Source: Phoronis australis
Taxonomy: Eukaryota; Animalia; Phoronida
Length of the DNA: 64,000 nt
Assembly: GCA_002633005.1 (NCBI GenBank)
Contig: NMRA01000194.1
Span: forward strand, 623,074-687,073
Direction: 5' to 3'
Part shown: piece after piece, positions 1 through 21,096 of the stretch
Layout: each line of letters begins with the position of its first letter
How positions within the stretch are numbered: position 1 is the first letter of the stretch
Notes under the pieces: model-generated
The model's database searches: none
What the model saw: only the letters and a program-made list of their open reading frames with translations
Told to the model about the DNA's origin: nothing
Position numbers and translations under genes: made by a program

Positions 1-154
1 AGTTTCGATATTCTTGCTGGTAACTGCCAGAAATATCACGAGGCCGATTTTATGAAAGTAAAAGGCTTGATTTAGTTTTTGGTTTTTGCCAAGCTAATCA
101 ATGCGAAATGCAACAAAAGTTGGGAGAAAGCCTTACAAAAGACTTCTTACACCA

Positions 155-307
155 GGGCTGAGTTGCAGAAAGCTTCAAAAGTTATCCGCTGGATAAGTTT
201 GATTGTTGCATGACGTCAGGGTCATTGTTCCACAATAACAATGTGACGCGTGATAATGCTATGTCATTGTTGCTTATACTGCGTATAACTTTTATGCAGC
301 TGGGCCC
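155..307. mobile_element. Small degenerate MITE (Harbinger-like TIRs)
   Basis: gggctgagttgcagaaag at the left versus ctttatgcagctgggccc at the right (imperfect inverted repeat). Confidence 0.4.
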
Positions 308-380
308 GGATCATAAATATTGCGAAACCTGCGATACCTCTTTACGTCAGAGCCTATGCATACTTATTCCTGAGACACGT

Positions 381-1232
381 TAAAGCCTTGGTCACAACCC
401 GCCGTACGTGCAAGTGCGTGCTGTCTACGTGTAAAAACGTGGGGGAAATTTGGCGATCCGTACGTGGCAAGTACGGCCTCCGTGCGTTTTGGTGAATACG
501 CAGGAGAACGCAGACACGACGTAGCACTTTTAGTGCATGCAGAACTTTCTCTGCGTGCAAGCTGCGTTCGCTTTACAGATTCACGGCAGTACGTGTGACG
601 TGCGTGCCCTGCACAGCCAACGACCCCACAACGCACTGACACCGTGAGTCTTTAAAACTTTCTCAACGGTCCCTTTGCCTGTGGATGGCGCACTTGGCAC
701 TAAGTCATCTTCATGAGCTGCAACTTGAACCTGCTTTTGCAGCATCTGAATTATGAGTCTCTTGGAAATAATTGGCGGCATCTTTAGTCAGCAGGAGCTA
801 GGACATCTAGAAAACCTCGGAAGATTGACCTATATATACCTACCCGACAGCAAGCGAAAAAAAACTCACGTTCATTGTACTTGCACGCACTTACAACGTA
901 CGAGTGAGTAAGGAAAGCGTGCGTCAGCTGCATGTGTACGTACGGCCTCCGTACGACAACGTGGCAATCGCACGGAGATTGTACGTGGTAAGCACGATAC
1001 ACGCACGCACAACTCACTTACCACGTGCGCAACGTATGCTGAAAGCTGCCGCCCACGGCCAGGCGTGCCGTACGTGTCACGCACTTACACCTTACGGGTG
1101 ACGTGCGTTGACGTACGTCCTCCCTGCGCTTGCCACTCCCTACTCACGTTTTCAGAAAAACGTGGTGCCCGTGGCGTCCGCAGAAAACGTACGAACAATA
1201 AACACGCACGGCGGGTTGTGACCATAGCTTTA
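381..1232. mobile_element. Non-autonomous DNA transposon, PIF/Harbinger-like
   Basis: About 30-bp TIR taaagccttggtcacaacccgccgtacgtg / cacgcacggcgggttgtgaccatagcttta, TWA-type flanks, many internal CGTACG/CACGTG repeats. Confidence 0.75.
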
Positions 1233-1699
1233 GGTTGACGCAAGACTCTAGCGAGCAGTTAGTGTGATCACGTGCTTCGTTTGTAATTCATGGTGTTATC
1301 TCGTGAAGACCCGCACGAATTCAATTTTCTCATAACATCATATACAATGTATGTCCGAGTTTTATGTCATGGTTTCCATTGTTTTGGCTGTCATTGGCCT
1401 TGCTGTTTCGTAGAAAACGTGGATCTCGGGCCAAGAATACGTTATATAATTTCACATTTTTCATTTCATGTTTTTCATAATCAATACTTAAAATCATATG
1501 ACAAAATATTTATGGTGGAAATACATAAATTTCACCAGGCACGTTGATGGGTTAAATCAAATACCGAAATTGTTTTTGACAATCATACTATACCGATTTC
1601 TAAAGTGCATTCGTGATGTACTTTTATGCTACTCCCCAGACGTATCACTGATGCGCGTTTGAGCAGACCCGCATGAAACTGTCGACCAGTTCAGATCAA

Positions 1700-2760
1700 G
1701 ATCAGGCATCGGGGCTGGGGCATCCCCCGTCTTTAAATTGTGATCGCAATGTCAGAGAGGACGTGTCTGATTTTACCATTGAAAGCATCCTTTACTTATT
1801 GTCACATCGAACGAGAGGCTCCCCTTCAAATCATCTTATCAATTCTAATCACTGGATACGCCGTCAATTTGTACGTGCAATAAACAAACATTGGGTTCGT
1901 TGCGTGCTATAGCCATTACAACCACATTCGTCATCTCCTAGGGGAGCTGAAACAGATTGCAAACATCGTCTGAACTGGTCAACCGTGTTCGTGTTCGTGT
2001 TCGAAACTATACAGCAAAGGGACATACTTGCGAGTTCGTTAGGTTCAAATGCGTCGTTGTGAAACATATCGAGGTTGAGTTTCCCTAGTGCACCACTGCT
2101 AATTCGAATGTTCCGTGTTGATTTTTATAAGTACATTTCAGCTCAGGAATTTGCTTTCCTTAGTAAAACTAACTTTTCAATTAGCTTAGCGAACTGGCCT
2201 CGAACTGTTCCTTGATAGTATTAGAAGTGATTTAATGGCTTGGAAAAGTTGACAGTCCATAGTCTCACTACCAAGCCCAAGAAGTTGTTTTGGCTCGTCT
2301 GGTCCCGGATGCGCCAAGCACGGTCTCGAGAAAAAAAGTCGGCCTGCTACCTGTATTTCCCAAGTCAAGAGATCACCTCTCATCTGAATAAACAACATAT
2401 TTATGACCCAGAGTTTAATAACTGACGCCGAGCGATCTAAATCAGAAGTAAGCTTTTTACAAGCAGTGGGTATAGCACCTTCAATGGTTACAGTTATATA
2501 ACACACAGTTACAGTTTCCAATTAGGGAAGATCTACGATTGGAATTGGGAATTGTTTGTACACGTATTTTGGTGCATTGGGATGTGGTAGGCAACTGCCT
2601 CAACCATACATGGCTCATTGCGATCACACAGCAGTTATAAGCCGGATACCGACAATGACAACAACGCATTTCGATGCTTTTTTATTTTGCCATCTAGCGA
2701 TAATCAATTTGAAAAAAACTTGTTATCCAACCCTGATGCGTAATGGCTAAAATGCGTTAA
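1700..2760 (-). mobile_element. Degraded L2/CR1-clade LINE reverse-transcriptase relic
   Basis: Broken minus-strand frames give EGAIPTACK, NSSRPV..AKLIEKLV (cf. NYRPIS..KL.EK.V), FHNDAF (cf. .HNDI), NTVDQ (cf. FDTVDH) and VQIDGVSSD, in the normal RT order. Confidence 0.65.
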
Positions 2761-3471
2761 CTGCAGTAGACGTAAACATATGTAAATCGTATGTAACTGT
2801 TGATCATGACGAACGGTCATGTTTTCGAGTTAATGTGTTTTCTCTGGTCACTGAACTGCGGAGTTCCCGTGCAACCAGCAGGACGAGAAGTAGGCTCGAT
2901 TATAAGATTCAGTTGTTGCTTGTCTCTGCGCATGTCTCTCTAGACCTAAGCACCAAAAGCGGAACAACTCTCATCATTTAAATGGACGTCTTAACTGATT
3001 TCGACGGATAGAAATATTGTAAGTTTTTGGAGAAATGGCTTCTGGATTGCATTAATCCTTTTCAGTTTCACCCCGAGGCTTACAACGCGCAACAATATAC
3101 GCGCGTATTTATCCGTTGGGCGGTCATACAGCTACTGTTCGAGCTATGCTTCATTGTTTGAATATCGGTTTGTTGAAAAGATCTTCATCACAACATTGTT
3201 GATAGTACAATTCTGCGAAAAATGAAAAAAAAAATCTGAAGAGAGTTGATTTCGCCTGTCAAATTCAGAGATAGTACATCTGTTTAATTTGAACACGCCA
3301 TCTACCTGCTGACTGTTGATTTCGTTTTTAGCATGATCATTTTACTATTGACCCCTTGCCTGATGATGAGATTATGTGTTCTCGAAATATAGCTGCTATT
3401 TTGTTTTTTTTTGTTTGTCATGTCAACTGTCAATTCACTTTACAACTGTACAGCTGATGATCGAAAAGTGT

Positions 3472-3551
3472 AGAGACTAGGACCGAGAGCCTGTGAAGCT
3501 ATCAAACATGTACAGAGACTAGGATCGAGAGCCTGCGAAGCCATCGAACAG
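3472..3551. repeat. Tandem duplication, 42-bp unit x about 2
   Basis: agagactagga(c/t)cgagagcctg(t/c)gaagc at 3472 and 3514. Confidence 0.8.
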
Positions 3552-4017
3552 AATAATTTGAGTGAAAGATTTCATGAAACAAAAAAACGTAAACTAATTT
3601 AATCAAAACGTATTGAATAGGATGTTCCATCAGCGTGAATACATTATTTCCAAATAAATCGAAGTAATATCGATTTTTGAAATTTAAATTTTGAAATTCT
3701 GTTGGCGTACCAACAGAACGACCCGCCATAGTTAAAGACAGTGGGCTTCATTGTTCCGATTTTCTATGTATAATTAAAGAATGTAAGCAGTTATTACTTA
3801 ATCTATTATATGTTACTGTATTTTAGTGATATCCTACGACTGATGAATCACTTTCAATAGTTTCAATTGGTCGAATTAGCCGGTTCCGTCGGGTCACAGC
3901 AACCGGCCAAAACATGTGATTGGTTCTCGATAACGAGTTTAGGCTTATAAACCAGCCAGACATCATAGACGGTTGGTCAGGCAGAACCTGCGAAGTCTAT
4001 CAAGTGCAGCCTATGTC

Positions 4018-4177
4018 CTGGGGCGGATCCAGGATTTTGAGTTAGTAGGGGCCAGGGCAGAGTATTAGCCAGGATTTTGCCGTCAGACATTCGCACCCCC
4101 AAACTGCCAAATGGAATCTGGCAGAATTTTAGGGGGGGGGGGCATGGCCCCCTTTGCCCCCTCTAAATCCACCACTG
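4018..4177. mobile_element. MITE family A (hAT-like termini), 5-bp TSD ATGTC
   Basis: Ends ctggggcggatcc / aaatccaccactg; ATGTC on both sides; inverted second copy at 25329-25489. Confidence 0.8.
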
Positions 4178-4947
4178 ATGTCGTTAACTGGTGAAGAGGG
4201 AAGGAGTTTTTTAAATTTGGCTGACGTCACGAATTTGTTTACAACTGCGCGACACTTTATATCTCCGCCATAGGAACCGCAGATTGTTATTTTACATTGC
4301 ATGATATTGTTTCCAAGAGTTTGAGAAATGAAACTAAAGCAGTTTTCTCAAACAATGTTTTCTTCTTTTGAGGTGTGAGTATGAGGTGACCGAGCCTCGT
4401 AATCAACAGCTACTGTGATTACTTTTAAGTATAAGTAGTAACAGTGCGCATGTAAAGTCTGTCATTGTGATGCAGTACCTCTTCGCTGCAACATTGATGT
4501 ATTTATCTAGCTAAATCTTGTCTCCTCGTCGGGCGGGTACTGAGCAACATAACACAACACAGGTGGAACTATGCTTCGTGCAATGCATTCGACGATTCAT
4601 TTGCGAAAAATCAGTACATTCAATGGCCAGATTTTCTTGTGGCGACCGCACTTGAATTTTCGCAATGTGCACCCTGTCCGCATCCAAGATCTCCCGGTTT
4701 CATGAGCCCGGTGATTCGTCGAATATAATTTTTTTTCTGATAGGCGTATCATCTGTCAAACTATTTATCATACCCATCAAGTGACCATGCCAAGTATGCT
4801 TGGTAAATATGCTATCTGGTTCCGAACTCTGAGTAACCGGGTGACTGACACACATTAAGTCCAACAGCCTTGCTAAACATAGCCTTCTCTTGGGTCGCTA
4901 GGGTCGCTCCTGATGCAGAAGAAGCATTGTCGTTCTTGTAAATATCT

Positions 4948-5200
4948 TCTGTTAGCATTTCAGTTTGGTAAACTCGTCGAAAACGAGGCAATTTGGTCAG
5001 ATTTTTACCATACTAAGCAAGTGAAATCATTGGGCTGCAACTGAATAAAATTGTCCCAAAATAATTACAGAAATGAAGGAAGCAATAGAAAATTCAAAAG
5101 GATGGAACATACAAACAAATCAGGGCGTAACTTAGAATGGAAAAAATCTGACCAAATGGCCTCGTTTTCGAGTCGTTCACCGGACTCCAATGCTAACAGA
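4948..5200. mobile_element. Foldback MITE with about 70-bp inverted arms
   Basis: ctgttagcatt...gaaaacgaggcaatttggtcagattttt...ctaag versus cttag...aaaaatctgaccaaatggcctcgttttc...aatgctaacag. Confidence 0.7.
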
Positions 5201-5664
5201 GGCTAGAGTTAGCGTTTCTAACTTTCCAAGGTAATAATTAATTTCTAGCGTCAGGAGTGGCGCTTACTGATTTATTCGCAGTGGTAAGTTTGATGTAGTC
5301 TTACTCAGTCCGTTGAAATTAACATATTTGTCCTTTTATGCACCAAAAGCAATATACTTTGGAAAGAGACTGGTTCGACGATTGAAGTATAGGAAATTTC
5401 TCATTGGCATCTAACTATATGTTCACCAGCTGAGGGATGCGTTCTGAAGACGCGAAACACTCGCAAAAACACAAGTTCACGTAGCGATGGCGAATAAAGT
5501 TTAAGCACCCCAGTGCAAACCAGCTTCAAATGACTCATCTTTGTCGTTCTCATTCATCTGTGTCATGCTAGTACTACAGAATGAACAGCTCAGAGTGTTA
5601 TCGACAATGACTGAATAATTTTTGCTTACCTAAGAAATGGTCAATGTAATCGGTCTATTTTCAG

Positions 5665-13505
<7,841 letters not shown>

Positions 13506-16500
13506 TTGAGATTCCAGTGAGTTATACTCAGCCGCACAAGACGGAGTCCATTTTCCACGGATTGAAATCAGTATTTCTCTAGAGTTAGTCGCTTAAAATT
13601 GCATTTCTCCAAGCTAAGCTGCAGTTAGTAAAGGAACACCAAATCAGGCCTTCTATTCTCATAAAATCTGCCTCAAAATATTCCTTATCGTAATAGGTTC
13701 TACTTATCTTACCAGTACATCGAAACCATCAGTGACTCGAGAAATCTTTGTTTTATTCGGGTTACAACTCACTATACTTGCACATTCCGGTGACACTGCC
13801 AAAATGATCATTGTGCATTGTTGTTAAGAACACAATGCCTCGTTTTAGCACCAATTTCAACAACGCAAACGTGAAAGCGCGCGTGTCCTAAACACGCAGA
13901 GCCATTGGTAGTTTGAACACAACATGCAAACTCGAAAATGGCATGTGCACGCATTGCGTGTGACTGGAGCTGGTCATAGAACCAAAATCGTTTCGTAGTA
14001 GAGAATATGGTGAGACCGATGTTATTAGAGCGAAAGCCCTGGTTTGATTTTCGTGTTTTAGCAAGCAAAGGGGGAATGCAGCTTTAGGTTTTCAGAAAAA
14101 AATATTTATTACCGACATGTTCGTGTTCAGTCAGGTAAAAAAGTAGTATTCAAGGTCTAATGATTGCAGCAAACGGGTAATAATCCTGACAATAACCCGT
14201 ATACTAATAGCCTTGAAGCATGCCCACTGAGCACGTACGTGTACTGGTTTTATGTTCAAATCCTACATATTGGGAAATTTGTCGACAATCACCGGTTTGA
14301 TGACTGTATTTTGCTCAGCGTAGGTACGAGAATTACCTCAGGCAGCTCGTAATACAACGTGGTGATTTGTCAGTAAAACTGGCCAGGGGCCCCCTTTCGC
14401 AACGCAAAAGAACCCTTCCGAGTGAAACTGAGCTAGTGCGATCACGTTATTTGCTTGCAAAACATCGGCAATATTTCACGAAGACTTGCATGATATCGTT
14501 ATTTCTTGCAAAACAATTGCTCCACGGTGCGCTGCTCAGACGATACAAGAATATGGTGTTGTTTGTAGTGTAATGGCATAATACGTGGGACTTCAAAGAA
14601 CTTAGAGTTTGGCGAGATCACGCTTGTGCAACGCAAAATCTCGATGTTGTTTCCCTAGTAAACCATATTAGGTTACGTTGGGAAAAGTCCGACACTGGGA
14701 GTGATTGGACGGCAACCCTGGAATGTCGAACTATGGAAAAACGGAACACAAGCTCACTATTTTTGTTGCGTAAGGGCCGAAATGTTCTAGATCGCAAATG
14801 TCACGCGAGTAATTAAGGTCAATGGAGGGACCCCTGGACAGTATCTGACGTCATCACAAGAAGGGAATTGGTTTATTGCCAGCCTTTCAAATGGTTTTTA
14901 ACTATTCGCTGTGGCAACCACTAAAGTAACAATGCTTTTTGAATACATGCGATGAGAAATATGTTACCGGCATGTAACTATGATTTTTATGTAGCTGAAA
15001 CCTGGAAGATTTTATAAGGCATGCGTCACGTGACAAGGCTGCAGGCGGCGCACACTATGATGACCCGCCGGTCGTCTTAAAGCGTCCTTGTCTAGGCATT
15101 CTTTTGACTTAAAAATTTAATGCCATATATTTAATAACAATATCCTAGTGTAACATTTTCTTGATTGGCCTACCAACCCCGCGCGGGGAGTTTGTCACCA
15201 TAGTACGAGAAAATTGGTGGTTGGTGTTACGCACGTTTCGTGCTTCAACAACGTTTGTTAATGAGCTTTAAAGGTCGTTTGCACAGGAAATCGGTGAAGT
15301 GTTGTCGTGGTTACGACCGATCGAGTGGAGATCTCCTCTACATAGCAAGGTATGGCGCCAGCAAATTAAAATCGGTGACAAGAAATGCTCATGCGTGCTA
15401 CTACAATGAAATATTTTTTAAACATAGGCATGTACACCGTCAGAATAATCGACACCGTTCAGTATCATTATTTTCCAATTGCTGGGACAGTTAAACAGCT
15501 GATGCATCCGAAATGTGGAAAAAAATACGTTCAACTGCTAATCTTTCGCGTTCGCGTAACTAAGTCATTCGCCCAGGTGTGTCGTGTTCTCCAACTCAAA
15601 AGCTAACATCAAGAGGAGACTTCGTGCGCGACCCAAAGGCGCCTTTCGTCGCTGTATTACCGAACTTATAACGCCAATGTTCGAAAAATGTTGCCAGTTG
15701 CAAAGCCATTTCAATTTTTAAAGACAGAAATAGCTACATTTGTCCGGGACCGGTTTAGTTTTGTTATCATTTTAATATGTTTTACTATCCACGTGTACCG
15801 GCGCTTGGGATGCTGTGTGCAGCCCTATGAAAGAATAGCAGCGTGATTGCGCACGACGTCACTTTTTTGCTGTTCGGCAACCGATTTGTTTTAAAAGATC
15901 ATATTATGTTATTACGAGTCGTCACGTATGACTTGTTTGCCAAGACAACTTATGCCACATCGTAAATTAATTGAAGGTAGAGTCGTTTCGGTGACTGACG
16001 AATCGTTGCGGTCATAGACATGAGAGCTAGAGGGGGGGGGGGGGGATATCGGACGTTCTACTAAAAATAGTCGTGAAATCACGGGGCTCACGTGGCGCCA
16101 TATTGCTGTGTAAATCTCACAAACCAGCGTGGCCGTAGGCAGCTAAAGGACCTTGGTATATTAAATGTAAAATACTGACGTTACTTACATTAATGATTTA
16201 GAAAGATTTTCATGTTTAATTAATAATATGGTTTAGAAAGTAATGTCGCTGGAAAGCGTGTGAAAGTGCAACCATTTTGGCACCCATTTCATCGCAACCG
16301 ACCCAACGGTTTCAAAGTTAGCCTATTAGCCCGAGGGCTTGCACCGTCCATAACATTAAGACAGTTCACACAACAAAATGGCCGCTCTGCTATACGTATG
16401 CAAAGTCACGTGATAGCCAATCTGTGATGCTGAATGAAGAATCTTGACCAAGAAACTTAAACCTACATTCTACAGCTGCTGACTTCACACCGCCGTTGTA

Positions 16501-18979
16501 GCATGATGAGCTCAGTGCTTCACTCTTTAATTGTTGATACAGCCAGCTGTTCATGGCTACCAATAGTGTATGCTAGTAGCTTTGTTCAGATCGATACGTA
16601 TATATATTGAAACCAGTCTCCTTTGCCTTAGTGAATGTGCATTTCACCTGCTGAATTACCATAGCTATATGTATAGCCACAAACCTCTCACTGAAAAAAT
16701 ACTCGACAGAATGTTTAATCTCAACAACACGGGGGATTATGTAACGGCTAAAAGTGAATTATCAAAGTTCTCTATGCGTTTTTGACATAAAGTATTTATT
16801 TTCATTATCTTAATTCAGCTGATTTCAAATACACTCGCTCAGTCGCGTTTGCCACAATTAACACCGAGACTGACTTTAAAACTGAAATTTACCGCAAGGT
16901 GAAATGATTTATTATTTAAAGTTTGTTGGGTGAACGTTAAGTTACACGTATTGACTCAGTAATGAGTTTGCTGAAAAATTAGACGATTGAGCAGCAAAAA
17001 TCGGCTTATTTTTCCGACTTAAATGTCTGTTACCATAGTCACGATTTCTTTTCCATACAAATTCGCCACTCATCAGGGACATAGTTACGCTTCCGTCGGA
17101 TCCTGGTTGATGAACTCTCGTGACCTGTGGCAAATTGCGCGCCCTCCGTGTGACGTCTGCAGCTGTAGAATGTAGGTCAAGGTACTTGGTCGAAATTTTC
17201 CTTTCTGCAGGTGTGATGGTCGCGGTGCAGGAGATAACGTCACTGAAGCGAAGACGAGTCGGTCGCGACGACAAGCACTGATTCCTCAGCACCGTGTAAA
17301 AGGCTTTTAACTCGCATGGTGAAAACTAACAAGCGCTACGAAAAGTTTGTTAAAGAGTGTAAATATCCGAGTCAACTTGAGAAATTATATTTGTTAAAGC
17401 CCCACGCAGCGCTTAGGTCAAGCCATAATCGCGTTAGCGGTGGTGAATCTTTCCATTCGAACCATGCATGTAACACGATTAATCAGGAACGTTAGTTAAT
17501 TCGCCGTATTGCGCTACGAAAACAGATGATATTCCATCCCAAAGCATGAACCACAAGTGTCCAAAGATGGCGCTGTAGGGGGCTTTATGTGTTATTTATT
17601 TAATAGACACTGGTTTGAGCCTGGATTTGTACATTGTTGTGTTTGTTTTATATATTACCAAATGCGGTGTCATAATATCTGTTATTAGTACATGTTATTT
17701 TGGTATGTAAACGCTCGCGCCTTTATAGGTGACGACAGGGTGCAGCGGGTCCAGAGCCAAGCGCGCGTTTCAAATGACCGGCTTCAAATTTTATGTAAAG
17801 CTGGCTGACTGATCTCATAAGGAATTCCATCCCTGAAGTTAACAATTTTTCACTACCACGGGTCGTAATCAGCCCCAAACGCATCCCCAACGGAGCTTCA
17901 AATATGAATTGCACGCAATGCAATTGTCGCCAGCATCGGAAATTTTAGAAAATCAGCCCACAGGCGGCGTATTTCCGGAAAGTGTACCTTTTAATCTTTT
18001 TAATAAGCAAAATAGGCCCAGGCTGTGGCATTGCAACATGTAAGGTGCTATGTTAATTATATTTAATTTGGCTCAAAAGGTACAACAGAAAAAATCAGAT
18101 TTGAGTGCTTCCTTTATGTAATGCAATTTATTCAATTTTTGACACTGAAGCTAATAAAAAATCGAAAACTCACGGACCTCTGCCCTCATACATATTTCTG
18201 GGAAGTAACCGATTTAAGAAATTCAAATTTTAAAGAAATTGTACAGTATTACTGTTGACAATAATCCATGCACAAAAATAATTGTTGACTTGACATTCTC
18301 TGTGGTCGGACATAAGCGCGACCTAGATTTAGCTGCGGAACCATGAATCTGTCGAGGTCCTCATTTGGTCATGACTTGCTTTGGACCTGTGTCCCAATGT
18401 TGATGGTTGGATTACTAAGAACTGCTCTTAGAACTGCACTTAATCTTGAACATAAACTTGTTTTTTGAATTGTGAATATAAATAATCATTACTGCTATTG
18501 TACGTGCTGCATGACTGGTCTAACTGTTTGTATTTGATATTGAGATTTCCGAATCAAAACCCTCAAAAGAAAAGCGCTTTTCCTAAATTATTTTCCCTTG
18601 ACAGGACACACCATTGTTTTAAAATTATTCACGCGGGTACCATCTAGTGTAAGGGATTTGCACGGGTTCCAGCTAGTGTAAGGGAATCGCCTTTAGCCGG
18701 GTTTACGCTAGACATAGGAAGTTGCCCTGGTGATAGATGACTGAGTTAGGAAACAAAAATACCACGTGAAACCTGTGCTGTTATCAATGCTTTTAAGTAT
18801 TATTTGTTATTTTCATCCATTTTTTGTTTATCGCATTTCATTTCATGTTGAACATCCGTTTTTATAGTTATTTCACCATTCATAAATGGGATTACCACGA
18901 AGTAGATGCGTCTTCATTATCATACCTCAAATTCACTTGTACAGATCTTCTCATGAACGTACGTTTCACGTGTTAAGCC

Positions 18980-19470
18980 GTAGTGAACAAAGTCCTCAAT
19001 CACCTTAGCTTTGTGCTGTTCCCATCATAGTAAAGCATGGCGTCGGATTATTGTGCGAACACAATGTGGCAAAAGGAGCGCTGTGGCATTGGAATTTAGA
19101 AGACAGCAGCTTCTGTCGAACACATGTCTCAGATTGTGTTGTCTTCCAGAAAATGGAGTCTTACACAGGCCTCTTTTAACGTATCCAGTATCTGATCCTG
19201 TATTGTACGCAGACATTCAAATGACGTTAGATCGGGTTAGTGTTCGTAGGCAGAAAAGTTCAACGACCTTCACTCAACAAAATTCTTTGTACCCTCTTTT
19301 CCAATTATGAAGATGAAGTTTTCTACCAGAAACTGAGATTTCTAAATAATTATTTACAAAAAGTCATTTCCGATCTTGAGTTGTTTTTTGTAGCAACCGG
19401 TACCCGTAAAAGAGAAAAGAAAAACAACGATCAAGTATATTTGGTAGACATTGCGATACACCAGCGTTCT
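18980..19470 (-). mobile_element. Helitron Rep/helicase relic
   Basis: Broken minus frames give FCLRTL...LKEACVRLHFLEDNTI*DMCSTEAAVF...FATLCSHNNP...WEQHKAKVIEDF, matching the Helitron RepHel segment (FYLR.L...EAC...LLEDD.EW...L.EA...P..LR.LF...LWE....M.EDF). Confidence 0.7.
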
Positions 19471-21096
19471 CCACGACCCATTCCAACCTGTTGCTTCAAC
19501 AGTAATGCCAGGACCTCGCAGAATTTTTTAGCGAAGTCCTAGCGTTTCTGAACACATGACCACTTTACCGGATGCAAATAACAAAATGTGATTGGCCACT
19601 TTAGCAAGCCATTTATGACCACAATATTCCACAGCAGGACTGTTTCCACATCTGGACTTACCTATGGAACGCCGAATGAATAAACGGGAAACACGAAACT
19701 TTTGAACAGTTGACTCTGTGGGCTAGTAGTTGTGGGCCTACGGAGACAAAGGAAAACCACGGATGACTGTGCATGGGCCTCGGTCCGCTTTTTACAAAAT
19801 ATGGACAAAAAGTAAAATTACATGTATCAATGGCTCTGCACTAAAAACTGGAATAAAGGTTGAGATCTTGGTCACTTGCCTATAATATAACAGTTCTTTT
19901 AACGAGAATAAGCGAGGAACTCGCAGTCCTGTTGTCGTGGTTTCGCAGTAAGTCTCTGCGCAAATACGCCACCGCAGCACACGGATTACGCCTTCGTGGT
20001 GCCGAACGGGTGCACATAAAATACCGAGACCGCCACTTCGTTTGACTCGAATTTCAGAAAATTTTTTAATGTTGACATCGTTTCTTCGATTTCTCTCGCC
20101 CCTGTATATTGAGCACGCGACCTAGGAGGCGTAAACTGTAAACGCATCCTGCGGACGAACACCTCCGAATAGAAATTTGGCTTCGAGAAATAAACGCGTT
20201 GGTCGGATTGACTGGAGCCACGCCTTGGTATGAGACGAAGAGAACACCACGCCGGTGTTTTGCGGCCGCAGAACCCGGCGCTTTTCCGTCGCGGGAACGA
20301 ATGAGAATGAGGCGTCTTGTGGGGGCGCGTGTCCTCGTGGCCACTCCGGAGTTGATTTTGTCCGATGGAGTCAAAGCCAACATCCGAGTCCAAAGTTAGC
20401 GTTTTTATATCTGATAGCCTGCAATTCAATGAACAGCAGTTCATTGTTCGCTCAAGCAGTTACTAAGTAACTCGTCACCGCAAATCTTTCTGTGAAGCAT
20501 GTTTCAAATTTGGGTTTTGATTGTCAAGTGTATTCTGCGGACTACGATTGTTGACACTCTTGGCTGGTGTCACGGCTGCTGCTGCCCTCTCCTGCAGTGC
20601 TGTGGTGGGGCGTAGGCTCACGTAGGCGCAGCAAACCACCTTTTGGCATTTAAACGTAGCGCCTACGCACCGTAGTTACGTTACAGTGGGGCGTAAGCGC
20701 ACCCAAGCATCTTTTTACATCTTAACATGTAGCGGCATACGATATCGATGCATTGCTACTTGTACGCTGACGACAACATTGTTGCCGAATATTCCGGTGC
20801 GTGTGACCATACGTCCTGGACAATTCATTCAAAAAGTTGTTCTCATCTTGGAGTGACGTTGACTCGACAATGACGAGCAGTCATTTTGCTCTATTCTGGG
20901 AATCTTGGACCCCAAAACGTGGCCGAAGGATTCCAGGATAAAACGTATGGCGAGTACGAAGTCGGGCGTATTTGCGATCGGTTTGTGCTGGTTGCCACAA
21001 CAGCAATCACAGGAATAACTGAATTCGTACACTGGAGGATACGGTTACAGTAGACAACCTACCAAGTGCTCTGCGACAACTGGACCTCTGCATTAA

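Noticed and set aside
2982-3025. ATG...GTAAGT as the RTK first coding exon
   Set aside because: The ATG frame stops after 9 codons and encodes no signal peptide; at best a 5' UTR exon.
5437-5485. CTGAAGA-CGC-GAAAC minimal hammerhead-like core
   Set aside because: Stem II too short and stems I and III not convincingly paired; no Penelope-like context seen.
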